Shown here: piece after piece, positions 41,093 through 51,318 of the stretch
How the letters are laid out: each line of letters begins with the position of its first letter
How positions within the stretch are numbered: position 1 is the first letter of the stretch
Assembly (NCBI GenBank): GCA_965223855.1
Contig: CBDCXM010000009.1
Span: 2,880,001 to 2,944,000 of the forward strand
Source of the DNA: Candidatus Multivoradales bacterium
Lineage (GTDB): Bacteria > Acidobacteriota > Thermoanaerobaculia > Multivoradales > JAHEKO01
Reading direction: 5' to 3'
DNA length: 64,000 bases
The notes under the pieces: model-generated
The model's input: the letters and a program-made list of their open reading frames with translations, nothing else
The model's database searches: none
Told to the model about the DNA's origin: nothing
Position numbers and translations under genes: made by a program

Positions 41093-42351
41093 GTGGGAAG
41101 CTCCAGAGCGTCAAGGGGACCCGCGACCTGCTGCCCCCGGAGACGGCGGTGTGGGCGGCGGTGGAGGCCGAGGCGCGGCGGACCTTCGGCTCCTACGGCT
41201 ATCGCGAGATCCGCACGCCCTTGCTCGAGAGCACGGAGTTGTTCGTCCGCTCAGTGGGCGAAGAGACCGACATCGTGGGCAAGGAGATGTACACCTTCGA
41301 GGACCGCAAGGGCCGTTCGCTCACCCTGCGACCGGAGGGGACGGCCGGAGTGGCGCGTGCCTTCGTCCAGCACGGGCTGGCGAGCGGCGTGCTGCCGGCG
41401 AAGCTCTTCTACATCGGAGCGCAGTTCCGCTACGAGCGGCCGCAGCGCGGGCGCTACCGGCAGTTCCACCAGATCGGCGCCGAGCTGATCGGGGACCCCG
41501 GGCCGGGCTCGGACGTCGAGCTGCTGGCGATGCTGGTTCGCTTTCTGGGGAATCTCGGCTTCGAGGGGTTGACCGTGCGACTCAACACCGTCGGTGACGC
41601 CGAGTCGCGACAGGCGTATCGGGAGAGGCTGGTCGCCTACCTGGAGCCGTTCGCGGAAGAGCTGGGCGAGGACAGCCGCCGGCGGCTCGAGACGAACCCG
41701 CTGCGGATCCTCGACACCAAGGTGCCGGCCGAACGTGCCTTGCTGGCGGACGCTCCGCGCCTCGAGGACTGTCTGAGCGCCGCGAGCGCGGAGCACTTCG
41801 CCGCGGTCCGCGCCGGACTCGAGCGGCTCGGCATCGAGCATCGCGTCGAACCGCAACTGGTGCGCGGGCTCGACTACTACGCCCGGACGGTGTTCGAGAT
41901 CGTCGCGGAGGGCCTGGGGGCCCAGGACGCCATCGTCGGCGGTGGCCGCTACGACGGCCTGATCGAGGAACTCGGCGGCGCGGCGGTTCCCGCCCTCGGC
42001 TTCGCCATCGGTCTCGATCGCCTGATCGAGATCCTTCCGGAGACGAAGGCAGCGGCGTTCGAGCCGCCGCTTCTGGTGCGGCTCGTCGGCGTCGGTGTCG
42101 GGGATCCCGAGCTGCTGGCACTGGGCGAAGAGCTCAGGGAGGCGGGGGTGGGGGTCGAGATGGAGGTCGGCGACCGGAGCCTCAAGGCGGCCCTCAAGCG
42201 CGCGCACCGGGCGGGTGCCAGGTGGGTGGTGCTGCTCGGCAAGGACGAGCTTGCGGAAGGAATGGTGACCCTTCGTGACCTCGACGGAGGCGAGCAGGAG
42301 ACGATGGACCGGGCCGAGGCGATCGGCCGGCTGACGGTCGAGACGGCCTGA
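41089..42351 (+). CDS. hisS: Histidine-tRNA ligase
   Basis: KGTRDLLP, KEMY, LRPEGTA, RYERPQ.GRYRQF, VRGLDYY, GGGRYD. Confidence 0.95.
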   Translation: MSGKLQSVKGTRDLLPPETAVWAAVEAEARRTFGSYGYREIRTPLLESTELFVRSVGEETDIVGKEMYTFEDRKGRSLTLRPEGTAGVARAFVQHGLASGVLPAKLFYIGAQFRYERPQRGRYRQFHQIGAELIGDPGPGSDVELLAMLVRFLGNLGFEGLTVRLNTVGDAESRQAYRERLVAYLEPFAEELGEDSRRRLETNPLRILDTKVPAERALLADAPRLEDCLSAASAEHFAAVRAGLERLGIEHRVEPQLVRGLDYYARTVFEIVAEGLGAQDAIVGGGRYDGLIEELGGAAVPALGFAIGLDRLIEILPETKAAAFEPPLLVRLVGVGVGDPELLALGEELREAGVGVEMEVGDRSLKAALKRAHRAGARWVVLLGKDELAEGMVTLRDLDGGEQETMDRAEAIGRLTVETA

Positions 42352-42373
42352 TGGGCCGCAGGGAGCTGATGCG

Positions 42374-44137
42374 ATGAAGCGAGTCGGAGCAGGGGAGATG
42401 GGAGCGGAGGCGGTCGGGAGCGCAGTGCGGCTCCAGGGATGGATTCATCGGCGCCGGGATCATGGGGGGCTGATCTTCCTGAACCTGCGCGACCGCAGCG
42501 GCGTCATGCAGACCGTGGTGCATCCCGACTCGGCACCGGAGGCGGCGGAGGCGCTCGCCGCGGCGCGCCTCGAATGGGTGATCGAGATCGAGGGCACCCT
42601 CGAGCGTCGCTCTCCCGAGGCAGTGAATCCGGAGATGCCGACCGGCGAGTTCGAGGTTGTGGTGACGGCGGGACGGGTGTTGTCGCCGGCCAAACCGCTG
42701 CCGTTCAACGTCGACGGCGAGGTGGAGGCGAGCGAGGAGACGAGGTTGCGCTACCGCTACCTCGATCTGCGGCGCGAGGAGCTGCAACGGAACTTCCGCC
42801 TGCGACACGACGTCACCCACGAGTTGCTCTCGCACTTCCACGAGAACGGCTTCCTGCATCTCGAGACGCCGATCCTGACGCGCTCGACGCCCGAAGGGGC
42901 TCGCGACTATCTCGTCCCGAGCCGGGTGCAGAAGGGGGCGTTCTACGCCCTGCCGCAGTCGCCGCAGATCTTCAAGCAGATCTGCATGGTGGCGGGCTTC
43001 GAGCGCTACGTGCAGATCGCGCGTTGTTTCCGCGACGAGGACTTGCGCGCCGACCGCCAGCCGGAGTTCACCCAGGTCGACGTCGAGATGTCGTTCGTCG
43101 AGGAGGAGGACGTGTTCGCCCTGATCGAAGGGCTCTTCGTCCGGCTCTTCAGGCTTTGCGGACACGAGATCGAGGCACCGTTCGAGCGCCTGACCTACCA
43201 GCAGGCGATGCTCGAGTACGGGTCCGACAAGCCGGATCGGCGTTTCGGGATGAAGATCCGCGACCTCGGCGAGGGGTTGGCCGGGAGCGACTTCCGGGCC
43301 TTCTCTGCGACCCTGGCGGACGGCGGCGTGATCCGCGGCTTCCGGGTTCCGGGGGGCGCCGGAGCGAGCCGCAAGCAGGTCGACGGATGGGTGGAACTCG
43401 CGCGGCGTCACGGTGCGGCCGGGGTGCTGACGCTGCGGCGGCGCGACGGCGAGGTCCAGTTCCAGGTGAAGAACGTGCTCTCCGAGTCGGAGCAGGAGGG
43501 GTTGGTGGAGGCGCTGGCGCTGGAGGAGGGAGATCTCGGCCTGATCGCGGCCGGTGAGGCGAGGCACATCGCACCGGCGCTCGGTGCGCTTCGACTGGCG
43601 GCGGCGCGTGAGTATGAGCAGATTCCCGAAGACCGGTGGGAGTTCCTCTGGGTGACGGACTTTCCGCTCGTCGAGTGGGACGAGAACGAGGATCGCTTCC
43701 AGGCGGTCAACCATCCGTTCACCGCACCGCAGGAGCGGGATCTCGACCGTCTCGACAGCGAGCCGGCGAGCGTGCGCTCGCGCGGCTACGACGTCATCCT
43801 CAACGGCTACGAGCTCGGCGGAGGTTCGATCCGCATCCACGAGCGGGAGCTGCAGCAGCGGTGCTTCGCACTCCTGGGGATCGACGAGCACGAGGCGGAG
43901 GAGCGGTTCGGGTTCCTGCTGGAAGCGTTGCAGTACGGAGCGCCGCCCCACGGCGGGATCGCGCTCGGCCTCGACCGCATCGTCATGCTGCTGGCGGGCG
44001 CCGAGTCGCTGCGCGACGTGATCACGTTTCCCAAGACGACCTCCGCCACCGACCTGATGACGGCCGCGCCGTCTCACGTCGAGCCGTCTCAGGTCGCCGA
44101 CCTAGGGCTGGCGCTCGTCGATCCCGACGAGTCCTGA
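42374..44137 (+). CDS. aspS: Aspartate-tRNA ligase (RRRDHGG suggests non-discriminating Asp/Asn type)
   Basis: RYRYLDLR, STPEGARDY, LPQSPQ, FRDED.RADRQPEF, PPHGG..GLDR. Confidence 0.95.
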   Translation: MKRVGAGEMGAEAVGSAVRLQGWIHRRRDHGGLIFLNLRDRSGVMQTVVHPDSAPEAAEALAAARLEWVIEIEGTLERRSPEAVNPEMPTGEFEVVVTAGRVLSPAKPLPFNVDGEVEASEETRLRYRYLDLRREELQRNFRLRHDVTHELLSHFHENGFLHLETPILTRSTPEGARDYLVPSRVQKGAFYALPQSPQIFKQICMVAGFERYVQIARCFRDEDLRADRQPEFTQVDVEMSFVEEEDVFALIEGLFVRLFRLCGHEIEAPFERLTYQQAMLEYGSDKPDRRFGMKIRDLGEGLAGSDFRAFSATLADGGVIRGFRVPGGAGASRKQVDGWVELARRHGAAGVLTLRRRDGEVQFQVKNVLSESEQEGLVEALALEEGDLGLIAAGEARHIAPALGALRLAAAREYEQIPEDRWEFLWVTDFPLVEWDENEDRFQAVNHPFTAPQERDLDRLDSEPASVRSRGYDVILNGYELGGGSIRIHERELQQRCFALLGIDEHEAEERFGFLLEALQYGAPPHGGIALGLDRIVMLLAGAESLRDVITFPKTTSATDLMTAAPSHVEPSQVADLGLALVDPDES

Positions 44138-44158
44138 TTGCGCGCTCCGGGAGATCTC

Positions 44159-45268
44159 ATGGGGAGCACAACCCGGCGGCTCGAACGCACCACCCTGACC
44201 TTCGGCCCCGGCGTGGAGAGCGAACTCGTGGTCGGCGGCTCGCCGGCGACCGTCGGCGAGGAGCTCGGGGAGTGGGTGGAGGGACGGACGGTCTGCCTCG
44301 TGTCGGCGGCCGAGATCAGGGCGTCGCTGGGGTCCGACCCGCTGACGGTCCTGCGGGAGCGTGCCGCCGGCTGGGTCGAGATCGAGGTGCCCGACGGTGA
44401 GACCGCCAAGGGTGTCGACTCCCTGTCGGCGATCTGGCAGCGATGGAAGGACCAGGGAGTGCGCCGCGACGCTCGGGTCGTGGCGCTGGGCGGCGGCGCG
44501 ATCTGCGACCTCGCCGGCCTGGCGGCGGCGACCTACATGCGCGGTCTCGAGCTCGCCCTCGTCCCGACGACGCTGCTGGCCCAGGTCGATGCGGCGGTGG
44601 GCGGCAAGACCGGGATCAACTTCGAAGGCGCGAAGAACCTCATCGGCGCCTTCCATCCCGCGAGCCGGGTGGTGAGCGTCACCGACCTGCTGCGATCGTT
44701 GCCGCGCCGCGAGGTCTTCTCCGGGCTGGCCGAGGTGGTGAAGGTGGCCTGGCTGCTCGCGCCGGAGCTGCTGGAGCGTCTAGAGCAGGGGGAGGGACCG
44801 CTCGACCGCGTCGCCGGGTCCGACTGGGTAGCGACCGTGGCGGCCGCCCAGCGAGCCAAGGTCGCGGTCGTCGAGCGAGACCCGAAGGAACGGGGGGAGC
44901 GTCGGGTCCTCAACTTCGGTCATACCCTGGGGCACGCCCTCGAGGCGGAACTGAGGGATCTCACCCACGGCGAGGCGGTCGCCTGGGGGATGAGCTTCGC
45001 GCTCGAACTCGGTCGGGATTTCGGTTTGAGCGAAGAGCTTGCGGAGCGGGGCGCGCGGCTCATCCGGAGGCTCGAGCCCCCGGCGTTGCCGACCGTCGAC
45101 CCTGACGCGCTGATGGCGCACCTCGGCCATGACAAGAAGGCGACCCGGGAGGGAGTGATCTGGGTCGTGCCCACCGGCTTCCAGCAGTGGCGACCGATCG
45201 CGGTCCCCTCCGAGCAGGTGCGCGATCGTCTCGAGACCTTCGTGGCGCGCACCGGGCGCGGCTGCTAG
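44159..45268 (+). CDS. aroB: 3-dehydroquinate synthase
   Basis: GE..K, LGGG...DLAG, PTTLLAQVDAAVGGKTG, LNFGHT.GHA.E, HGEAV. Confidence 0.92.
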   Translation: MGSTTRRLERTTLTFGPGVESELVVGGSPATVGEELGEWVEGRTVCLVSAAEIRASLGSDPLTVLRERAAGWVEIEVPDGETAKGVDSLSAIWQRWKDQGVRRDARVVALGGGAICDLAGLAAATYMRGLELALVPTTLLAQVDAAVGGKTGINFEGAKNLIGAFHPASRVVSVTDLLRSLPRREVFSGLAEVVKVAWLLAPELLERLEQGEGPLDRVAGSDWVATVAAAQRAKVAVVERDPKERGERRVLNFGHTLGHALEAELRDLTHGEAVAWGMSFALELGRDFGLSEELAERGARLIRRLEPPALPTVDPDALMAHLGHDKKATREGVIWVVPTGFQQWRPIAVPSEQVRDRLETFVARTGRGC

Positions 45269-45289
45269 GCTGTCCACGATCTGGACACT

Positions 45290-47053
45290 ATGAGCTTTCT
45301 CGGGAGCATCACCCGCCGCTGGCCGCTGAGCCGGTTGCTGTTCGTGCTGCTGGTCGCCGTCGGCATCGTGCCGCTGGCACTGATCAGCTGGCTGCTGATG
45401 CGCCAGAACCGCGAGATCTTCGAGACCCAGGAGCGCAGCTACCTCACGCGGGCTGCCGAGACGCTGTCGGTCGAGCTGTCGAGCTACCTCGCCTCGACCC
45501 GGAGGCAGCTCCAGCAGCTGGGCGGCGCCTTGCTGGCGGCACCGCCGGAGGGGCCGATCGAGACCAAGCTTCGCCAGCCGTGGTTCGGCTCGTTCCTGGA
45601 GGACTTCCTCGTCAGCAACCCGAACGTGGTCGCCCTGCGGGTGCTGAGCGCCGCGGGCGAGGGGCCCTACCTGGCGCCGGGAGATCTCTCACCCGCGGTG
45701 CAGGCGGCGATGGACGGCGCCTTCGGCGGCGCCCTCGAGGCGGCCGATCGCTCCTACCGCTTCATCGTCGTTCCCGAGACCTCCGAGCCGCTGACGGTGA
45801 TGGCGGTACCGATCTTCGACGCCCGCGGCGACGCTCTGGCCTTCGTGCAGGCGGCGGTGCACCTGCGGCCGATGGAGGTGCTCTTTCGCCAGGAGGGGCA
45901 GGGCGACGCCGGCGTCTTCCTGATCCAGCGTGACGGCAGGATGCTGTGGTCCGGAGGAGCGGAGCCGGACACCGTGGAGTCGCTCGAAGCCTCGAAGCTG
46001 GTGCGCGACTTCGTCGACTCTCCGCTCTCCATGACCCAGGAGTACGAACTGACCACGGGCGGCGAGAGGGTGACGATCCTGGGGCGCGCCAGCCCGGTGC
46101 CGGAGACCGGATGGGGCGTCATCGTGCAGAAGCCGGCTGCGGCTGCCTACACATCGGTCCGGGAGATGATCGGGCGGACCGCGCTTTCGACCGGCGTCCT
46201 CGTCGGCCTCGCGTTCCTGCTCGCCGGGTGGCTGGCTCGGCAGTTCGGCCGTCCGATCCAGCGGCTCTCGGACGGCGCCGCCGAGATGGCGGCCGGGAAC
46301 TTCGGCAGCCGCCTGGCAGGCAGCGATCTGGGCGTAGAGCTCAACGAGCTGGCGGAGAACTTCAACCGCATGAGCGGCCACGTCGAGGAGTACGTCCAGC
46401 AACTGCGGGCGGCGGCACAGGTCAATCGCGAGCTCTTTATCGGAGTGCTGCGGGCCTTCACCGCGGCGATCGACGCCAAGGACCCCTACACCCGCGGCCA
46501 CTCGGAACGTGTGGCGCAGTACAGCCGCGCGATCGCCCGGCACATGGGGCTGGGGCGGGAGCAGCAGGAACAGGTGTGGGTCGGCGGTGTCATCCACGAC
46601 GTCGGCAAGATCGGCATCGAGGACGAGATTCTGCGGAAGGGTACGACGCTGTCGCGCGAGGAGTTCGAGCAGATGAAGCTCCACACGGTGATCGGCGCCA
46701 AGATCATGAGCCGGATCGACCAGCTCAAGGACGTCATTCCGGTCATTCGCTGGCACCACGAAGCGGTCGACGGGTCGGGGTATCCGGACGGCCTGACGGG
46801 GGAGCGCATCCCGATGATCGTCAGGATCGTGACGCTCGCCGACACGCTCGACGCGATCACCACCGACCGGCCCTATCAGCGAGGCTTCTCCGCGGAAGAG
46901 GCGCTCGAGCGGATCCGTGAGCTCGACGGCACCCGCTTCGACAGCGAGGTCGTCGAAGGCTTCTTCGCCGCGTGGGACGCCGGCGAGATCGAGATTGAGA
47001 GCCGGGGCGCGGCTGCCGGAGAGGCGCCCACCGAAGTTCCCGTCGCCTTCTGA
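45290..47053 (+). CDS. Membrane-bound sensor-HAMP-HD-GYP cyclic dinucleotide phosphodiesterase
   Basis: Two TM helices, Cache-like periplasmic region, HAMP, KDPYT.GHS.RV, HDVGKIG, HHE..DGSGYP. Confidence 0.9.
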   Translation: MSFLGSITRRWPLSRLLFVLLVAVGIVPLALISWLLMRQNREIFETQERSYLTRAAETLSVELSSYLASTRRQLQQLGGALLAAPPEGPIETKLRQPWFGSFLEDFLVSNPNVVALRVLSAAGEGPYLAPGDLSPAVQAAMDGAFGGALEAADRSYRFIVVPETSEPLTVMAVPIFDARGDALAFVQAAVHLRPMEVLFRQEGQGDAGVFLIQRDGRMLWSGGAEPDTVESLEASKLVRDFVDSPLSMTQEYELTTGGERVTILGRASPVPETGWGVIVQKPAAAAYTSVREMIGRTALSTGVLVGLAFLLAGWLARQFGRPIQRLSDGAAEMAAGNFGSRLAGSDLGVELNELAENFNRMSGHVEEYVQQLRAAAQVNRELFIGVLRAFTAAIDAKDPYTRGHSERVAQYSRAIARHMGLGREQQEQVWVGGVIHDVGKIGIEDEILRKGTTLSREEFEQMKLHTVIGAKIMSRIDQLKDVIPVIRWHHEAVDGSGYPDGLTGERIPMIVRIVTLADTLDAITTDRPYQRGFSAEEALERIRELDGTRFDSEVVEGFFAAWDAGEIEIESRGAAAGEAPTEVPVAF

Positions 47054-47124
47054 TTCGGGAAGAGCCCGTCCGGCCTGCAAGGGCACTCCCGCGAGAGTGC
47101 GGGCTTGCTAGCATCGGCGCCCTG

Positions 47125-48090
47125 ATGAGCGACTCCCCCCTCGAACTGGCTCCGGAGAAACCCCTCCCGGAGGGCGAGAAGCCGACGTTCTGGCGCAAGC
47201 TCAAGCGCGGCCTGTCGATGACCCATACCGAGGTCCTCGCCCGGGTGGACGCGGCGATGTCCGGGCAGGCGGTGCTCGACGAGGAGATCCTCGAGTCGGT
47301 GGAAGAGGCGCTGATCGGCGCCGACGTGGGGGTGGCGACCGCGCTCGAGCTGGTGGAGGAGCTGCGATCGGGAGTGCGGCCGGATGAAGCGGTCGATCCC
47401 CTTCGTCTGCGTCAGCGGCTGGTGGACGAGTTGTCGATCCTGCTGCTCGATGCCCCGGCGCCGACGCCTCGTGGTGAAGGTCCTCGGATCACGCTCCTGG
47501 TCGGGGTCAACGGAGTGGGCAAGACGACGACGGCCGCCAAGCTCGCCCGACGGGAGGCGGAGGCCGGCAGGAGCGTCTTGCTGGCCGCTGCCGACACGTT
47601 CCGCGCCGCGGCGGTCGAGCAACTCACCCTGTGGTCCGAGAGGGTCGGGGTCGAGATCGTCAAGCAGGGCCACGGGGCGGATCCCGCCGCGGTCGTGTTC
47701 GACGCGCTGCAGGCCGCGCGTGCCCGCAACATCGACGAGGTGATCGTCGATACCGCCGGCCGCCTGCATACGAAGGACAACCTGATGGCCGAGCTGGCGA
47801 AGATCCGTCGGGTCGTCGAGCGCGAGGGCGAAGGGTGGCAGCAGCGGCGCCTCCTGGTGCTCGACGCGACGACCGGACAGAACGCCGTGGCGCAGGCGCG
47901 CGAGTTCATCGACGTTGCCGGCGTCGACGGTGTGGTTCTGGCCAAGTTGGACGGGACGGCGAAAGGGGGCGTCGCCGTGGCGATCGCCCGCGAACTGAGG
48001 CTGCCGATCGTCTACCTCGGAGTCGGCGAAGGAGCCGACGACCTGATCGACTACCATCCGCGCGATTTCGCGGCGGCCCTCCTGGGATGA
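47125..48090 (+). CDS. ftsY: Signal recognition particle receptor
   Basis: GVNGVGKTTT, DTFRAAA, DTAGR, KLDGTAKGG. Confidence 0.96.
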   Translation: MSDSPLELAPEKPLPEGEKPTFWRKLKRGLSMTHTEVLARVDAAMSGQAVLDEEILESVEEALIGADVGVATALELVEELRSGVRPDEAVDPLRLRQRLVDELSILLLDAPAPTPRGEGPRITLLVGVNGVGKTTTAAKLARREAEAGRSVLLAAADTFRAAAVEQLTLWSERVGVEIVKQGHGADPAAVVFDALQAARARNIDEVIVDTAGRLHTKDNLMAELAKIRRVVEREGEGWQQRRLLVLDATTGQNAVAQAREFIDVAGVDGVVLAKLDGTAKGGVAVAIARELRLPIVYLGVGEGADDLIDYHPRDFAAALLG

Positions 48091-49106
48091 AGGCCGCGCC
48101 CAGCGGCGCGACGCCTGGGAGGAAGAGGACGCTGCGGCGACAGCGTTCCGAAGCGTCGCGGCTCTGGATCTCCGCGATCCCGCGCGACTGGCCCCTGCCG
48201 AAGCTCCCCTGGACCGACCTCGCCGGGAGAACGGTGGGGCGGTGGGACAGTGAGGCCAGCGGTGATGAGGAGCCGACCGGCCTCGCGATCGAGGGACATC
48301 CGGGAAGGGTCTACCTGCCTCCGGGCGCGGCCGGCCAGGGGCCGACCGGTCAGGGGCCGACCGGTCATGGGGCAGGGGCCGCAGGGGTGAGGCGAACGGT
48401 CCTCGAGGCGGGCGGTGCGATCCTCTCGCAGATCACGTCCACTCGTGCGGCGAGCCGCGGGGACGAGTCGTGCGAGGAAGTGGTGCTCGACCTCCTGCCG
48501 CACTGCCTGGGGCTGAGCACCGACGCCGACGTGGTCCTCGAAGGACCTTGCGAGTTCGCCGTCTGGCCGCTGATTCCCGGCCTCACGTCCGACGAGGACA
48601 AGGCGCGCGGTTGGCTCGAGTCTCTGCGGCATGCGGGGTTTTCCAGGATCCTGCCGGTGGCGCTCGGTCTCGATGCCCGCCAGCGCCGGAGTCTCGCCGA
48701 GTTCGCCGACGAGTCCGGATACCGCGAGCTCTTTCACGGCGAGTTGGCCGACGAACGGCAGGCCGCCCGGCAGGTGGCCCGCCACGGGTTGCGACCGTTC
48801 GCCCGGCCACCGCGCTACGGCGGTTCGCGCCGGCAGCGCTTCGGTTTCGGCGCTGCCGCGGTGCTGGAGCAGGTGGGCGATCTCTGGTTGCGCAACAGCC
48901 GTTCGGAGGTCATCGGGCAGGAGCTGCTGCGGGCCGCGCGCTTCTGCCGCCGCGACGAGCATGATCTTCGAGCCCTGATTCGTGAAGGCAACCTCGACAT
49001 CGTGCCGTGGCTGGCGGCGGAAGCGCGAGAGGTGCTGGAGGAGCTGGGCAAGGGCGAGCCTCCGGCTCTGCAGCGAGAGCTCGAGGAGGAGTACCTCGCG
49101 CCATGA
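48087..49106 (+). CDS. Hypothetical protein: degenerate radical-SAM-like region plus PolX-type helix-hairpin-helix domain
   Basis: ATGA-coupled to ftsY and hemW. PLIPGLT motif. C-terminal pattern resembles the PolX N-terminal HhH domain. Confidence 0.55.
   Translation: MKAAPSGATPGRKRTLRRQRSEASRLWISAIPRDWPLPKLPWTDLAGRTVGRWDSEASGDEEPTGLAIEGHPGRVYLPPGAAGQGPTGQGPTGHGAGAAGVRRTVLEAGGAILSQITSTRAASRGDESCEEVVLDLLPHCLGLSTDADVVLEGPCEFAVWPLIPGLTSDEDKARGWLESLRHAGFSRILPVALGLDARQRRSLAEFADESGYRELFHGELADERQAARQVARHGLRPFARPPRYGGSRRQRFGFGAAAVLEQVGDLWLRNSRSEVIGQELLRAARFCRRDEHDLRALIREGNLDIVPWLAAEAREVLEELGKGEPPALQRELEEEYLAP
48336..48365 (+). repeat. 15-nt tandem repeat (x2) encoding QGPTG
   Basis: CAGGGGCCGACCGGT at 48336-48350 and 48351-48365. 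Confidence 0.7.
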
Positions 49107-50257
49107 GGGATCGACCGGGCGAGCGGCCGGACGGACTCGGCCTGTACGTCCACGTTCCGTTCTGCCGCACCCGCTGTCGCTACTGCGATTTCTACAGGGT
49201 GGCGGAGAACGCACCTCAGTTGGCGCTCTTCCTCCAGGCGCTCGAGCGGGAGGTTTCCGAGCGTCGTGCTCAGGTGCCGGGCCGCAAGGTCGACACGATC
49301 TTCCTCGGCGGCGGCACGCCGTCTCTGATGAACCCCGAGCAGGTCGGCTCGGTACTCGAGCTGCTGCGAGACAGCTTCGAGGTCGAAGCGGGCTGCGAGA
49401 TCTCGATGGAGGCGAATCCGTCCGATCTCGACCGTGAGCGTCTCGCGGCCTACCGGAGGGCCGGCGTGACGCGTCTCAGCCTGGGCGTGCAGTCGCTCCA
49501 GTCGCGCGAGCTCCGGCTTCTGGGGCGCCGGCACGGAGCGGAGCATGCGGTCCAGTGCGTCGACTGGGCTCGCCGGGCGGGATTCGAACACCTGAGCGTC
49601 GACCTGATGCTCGGTATCCCGGCCCAGACCGAGGCGGGATTCCGGGCTACCGTCGCGAGGACCGTCGAGCTGCCGATCGATCACGTCAGCGTCTATCTGC
49701 TCGAAGTCCACGAGGGGACCGAGATCGACGGTCTGCGTCGCCGCCGACCGGGCCTCTTCCCTTCCGTCGACCGACAGGCTCGCCGCTACGAGTGGCTGGT
49801 CGGAGCTCTCGAAGCCGGCGGGCTGGCACAGTATGAGATCTCGAACTTCGCGCGACCCGATGGAGAATGCCGCCACAACCTGCGGTACTGGCGGCGTGAG
49901 GACTTTCTTGGCTTCGGCCCCTCAGCCCACTCCTGTCTCGGCGCGCACAGGTGGTCGAACCCGCGTGACCTCGCCGGCTACCTCGTCGATCCGATGCTAC
50001 GGATCGAGGAAGAGAGCGACCGTGCGTTCGAAGAGGTCTTTCTCGGATTGCGGCTACGGGAAGGGATGACGGTCGGGCGTCTCGCCGAGCGACTCGGCAT
50101 CGCGCCGGGCCAGTGCCGCGCCCGGGTCGAGTCGCTGTCACCGTTCCTCGAGCTGGCAGGGGAAGACCGGGTGCGGTTCACGGTCCGGGGCTACCTGGTC
50201 TCCAATGCCGTCTTCGGAGAGCTCGAGAGCGAAAGCCCGGACGAGGCGATCGCGTGA
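49103..50257 (+). CDS. hemW: Radical SAM heme chaperone (HemN-like)
   Basis: LYVHVPFC...C.YCDF, GGGTPS, YEISNFA, HNL.YW. Confidence 0.9.
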   Translation: MRDRPGERPDGLGLYVHVPFCRTRCRYCDFYRVAENAPQLALFLQALEREVSERRAQVPGRKVDTIFLGGGTPSLMNPEQVGSVLELLRDSFEVEAGCEISMEANPSDLDRERLAAYRRAGVTRLSLGVQSLQSRELRLLGRRHGAEHAVQCVDWARRAGFEHLSVDLMLGIPAQTEAGFRATVARTVELPIDHVSVYLLEVHEGTEIDGLRRRRPGLFPSVDRQARRYEWLVGALEAGGLAQYEISNFARPDGECRHNLRYWRREDFLGFGPSAHSCLGAHRWSNPRDLAGYLVDPMLRIEEESDRAFEEVFLGLRLREGMTVGRLAERLGIAPGQCRARVESLSPFLELAGEDRVRFTVRGYLVSNAVFGELESESPDEAIA

Positions 50258-51291
50258 GTAACCCACCCACCGCCGCAGCACCGATGGTCGACCTGCGCTC
50301 GGACACCGTGACCCGGCCGAGCCGGGCCATGCGGGCGGCGATGGCGGCTGCTGTCGTCGGCGACGACGTCTTCGGGGAAGACCCCACCGTCAGCGCTCTC
50401 GAAGAGCGGGTGGCGGCGCTGCTGCGGATGGAGGCCGGGCTGTACCTGCCCAGCGGAACGATGGCCAACGAGGTCGCGCTCCACGTGCTCGCCCCGCCGG
50501 GAAGCGAGGTGGTCTGCGCCGAAGGGTGTCACCTCACCGAGTGGGAGATGAGCGCCATGACCGTCTTCTCCGGGCTCCTGCCCCGGACCTTGCCGGCGCC
50601 GAACGGTCGACTCGATCCGCGTCAGGTCGCCGGCGCGCTGCGGGCTCCCGGCGCCCTTCGAGCCGGAAGCGGCCTTCTGGCGATCGAGAACAGCAACAAC
50701 ATGGCCGGAGGCCGGGTCTACGATCGACGTCTGCTCGACGAGCTCCTCCAGGTGGCCCGCCGGGCCGGGGTTCCTGCCTATCTGGATGGCGCCCGGCTCT
50801 TCAACGCCGCCGCGGCCCTCGGGTGCGAAGTGGGCGATCTCTCGGCCGGCTTCGACGCCGGAATGGTGTCGCTCTCGAAGGGTCTGGGCGCACCGGTCGG
50901 ATCGGTTCTGTGCGGATCTCGGAGTTTCGTCGCCGAGGCGAGAAGGGTCCGTCGCCGGTTCGGCGGCGGCTGGCGGCAGGCCGGGATCCTGGCCGCTGCC
51001 GGCCTCCTGGCGCTCGACGAAGGGCCGGCGCTGCTGGCGGAGGATCACCCGCGCGCCAGGCGCCTGGCCGACGCCGCAGTCGTGAACGACCGTCTCGAGG
51101 TCGACCCGTCCGCGGTCGAGACCAACATCGTGATCGTCGGTACGGAGGCTCCCGATGAGTTGGTCGAGCACCTGCGCGAGCACGGGGTTCTCGCCCTGTC
51201 GATCGAGGAGGGCACCGTCCGTTTCGTCACCCACCGGGACGTCGATGACGAAGGGATCGGGCGAGCGGTGACGGCGATCGGTACCTTCTGA
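50254..51291 (+). CDS. ltaE: Low-specificity L-threonine aldolase
   Basis: [43 protein letters not shown]. Confidence 0.9.
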   Translation: MSNPPTAAAPMVDLRSDTVTRPSRAMRAAMAAAVVGDDVFGEDPTVSALEERVAALLRMEAGLYLPSGTMANEVALHVLAPPGSEVVCAEGCHLTEWEMSAMTVFSGLLPRTLPAPNGRLDPRQVAGALRAPGALRAGSGLLAIENSNNMAGGRVYDRRLLDELLQVARRAGVPAYLDGARLFNAAAALGCEVGDLSAGFDAGMVSLSKGLGAPVGSVLCGSRSFVAEARRVRRRFGGGWRQAGILAAAGLLALDEGPALLAEDHPRARRLADAAVVNDRLEVDPSAVETNIVIVGTEAPDELVEHLREHGVLALSIEEGTVRFVTHRDVDDEGIGRAVTAIGTF

Positions 51292-51318
51292 CGGCGAGCC
51301 GATGCCGCTCGCAGTTCG

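Noticed and set aside
48336-48365. QGPTG tandem repeat as a phase-variation or functional array
   Set aside because: Only two in-frame copies in a likely linker, consistent with ordinary slippage.
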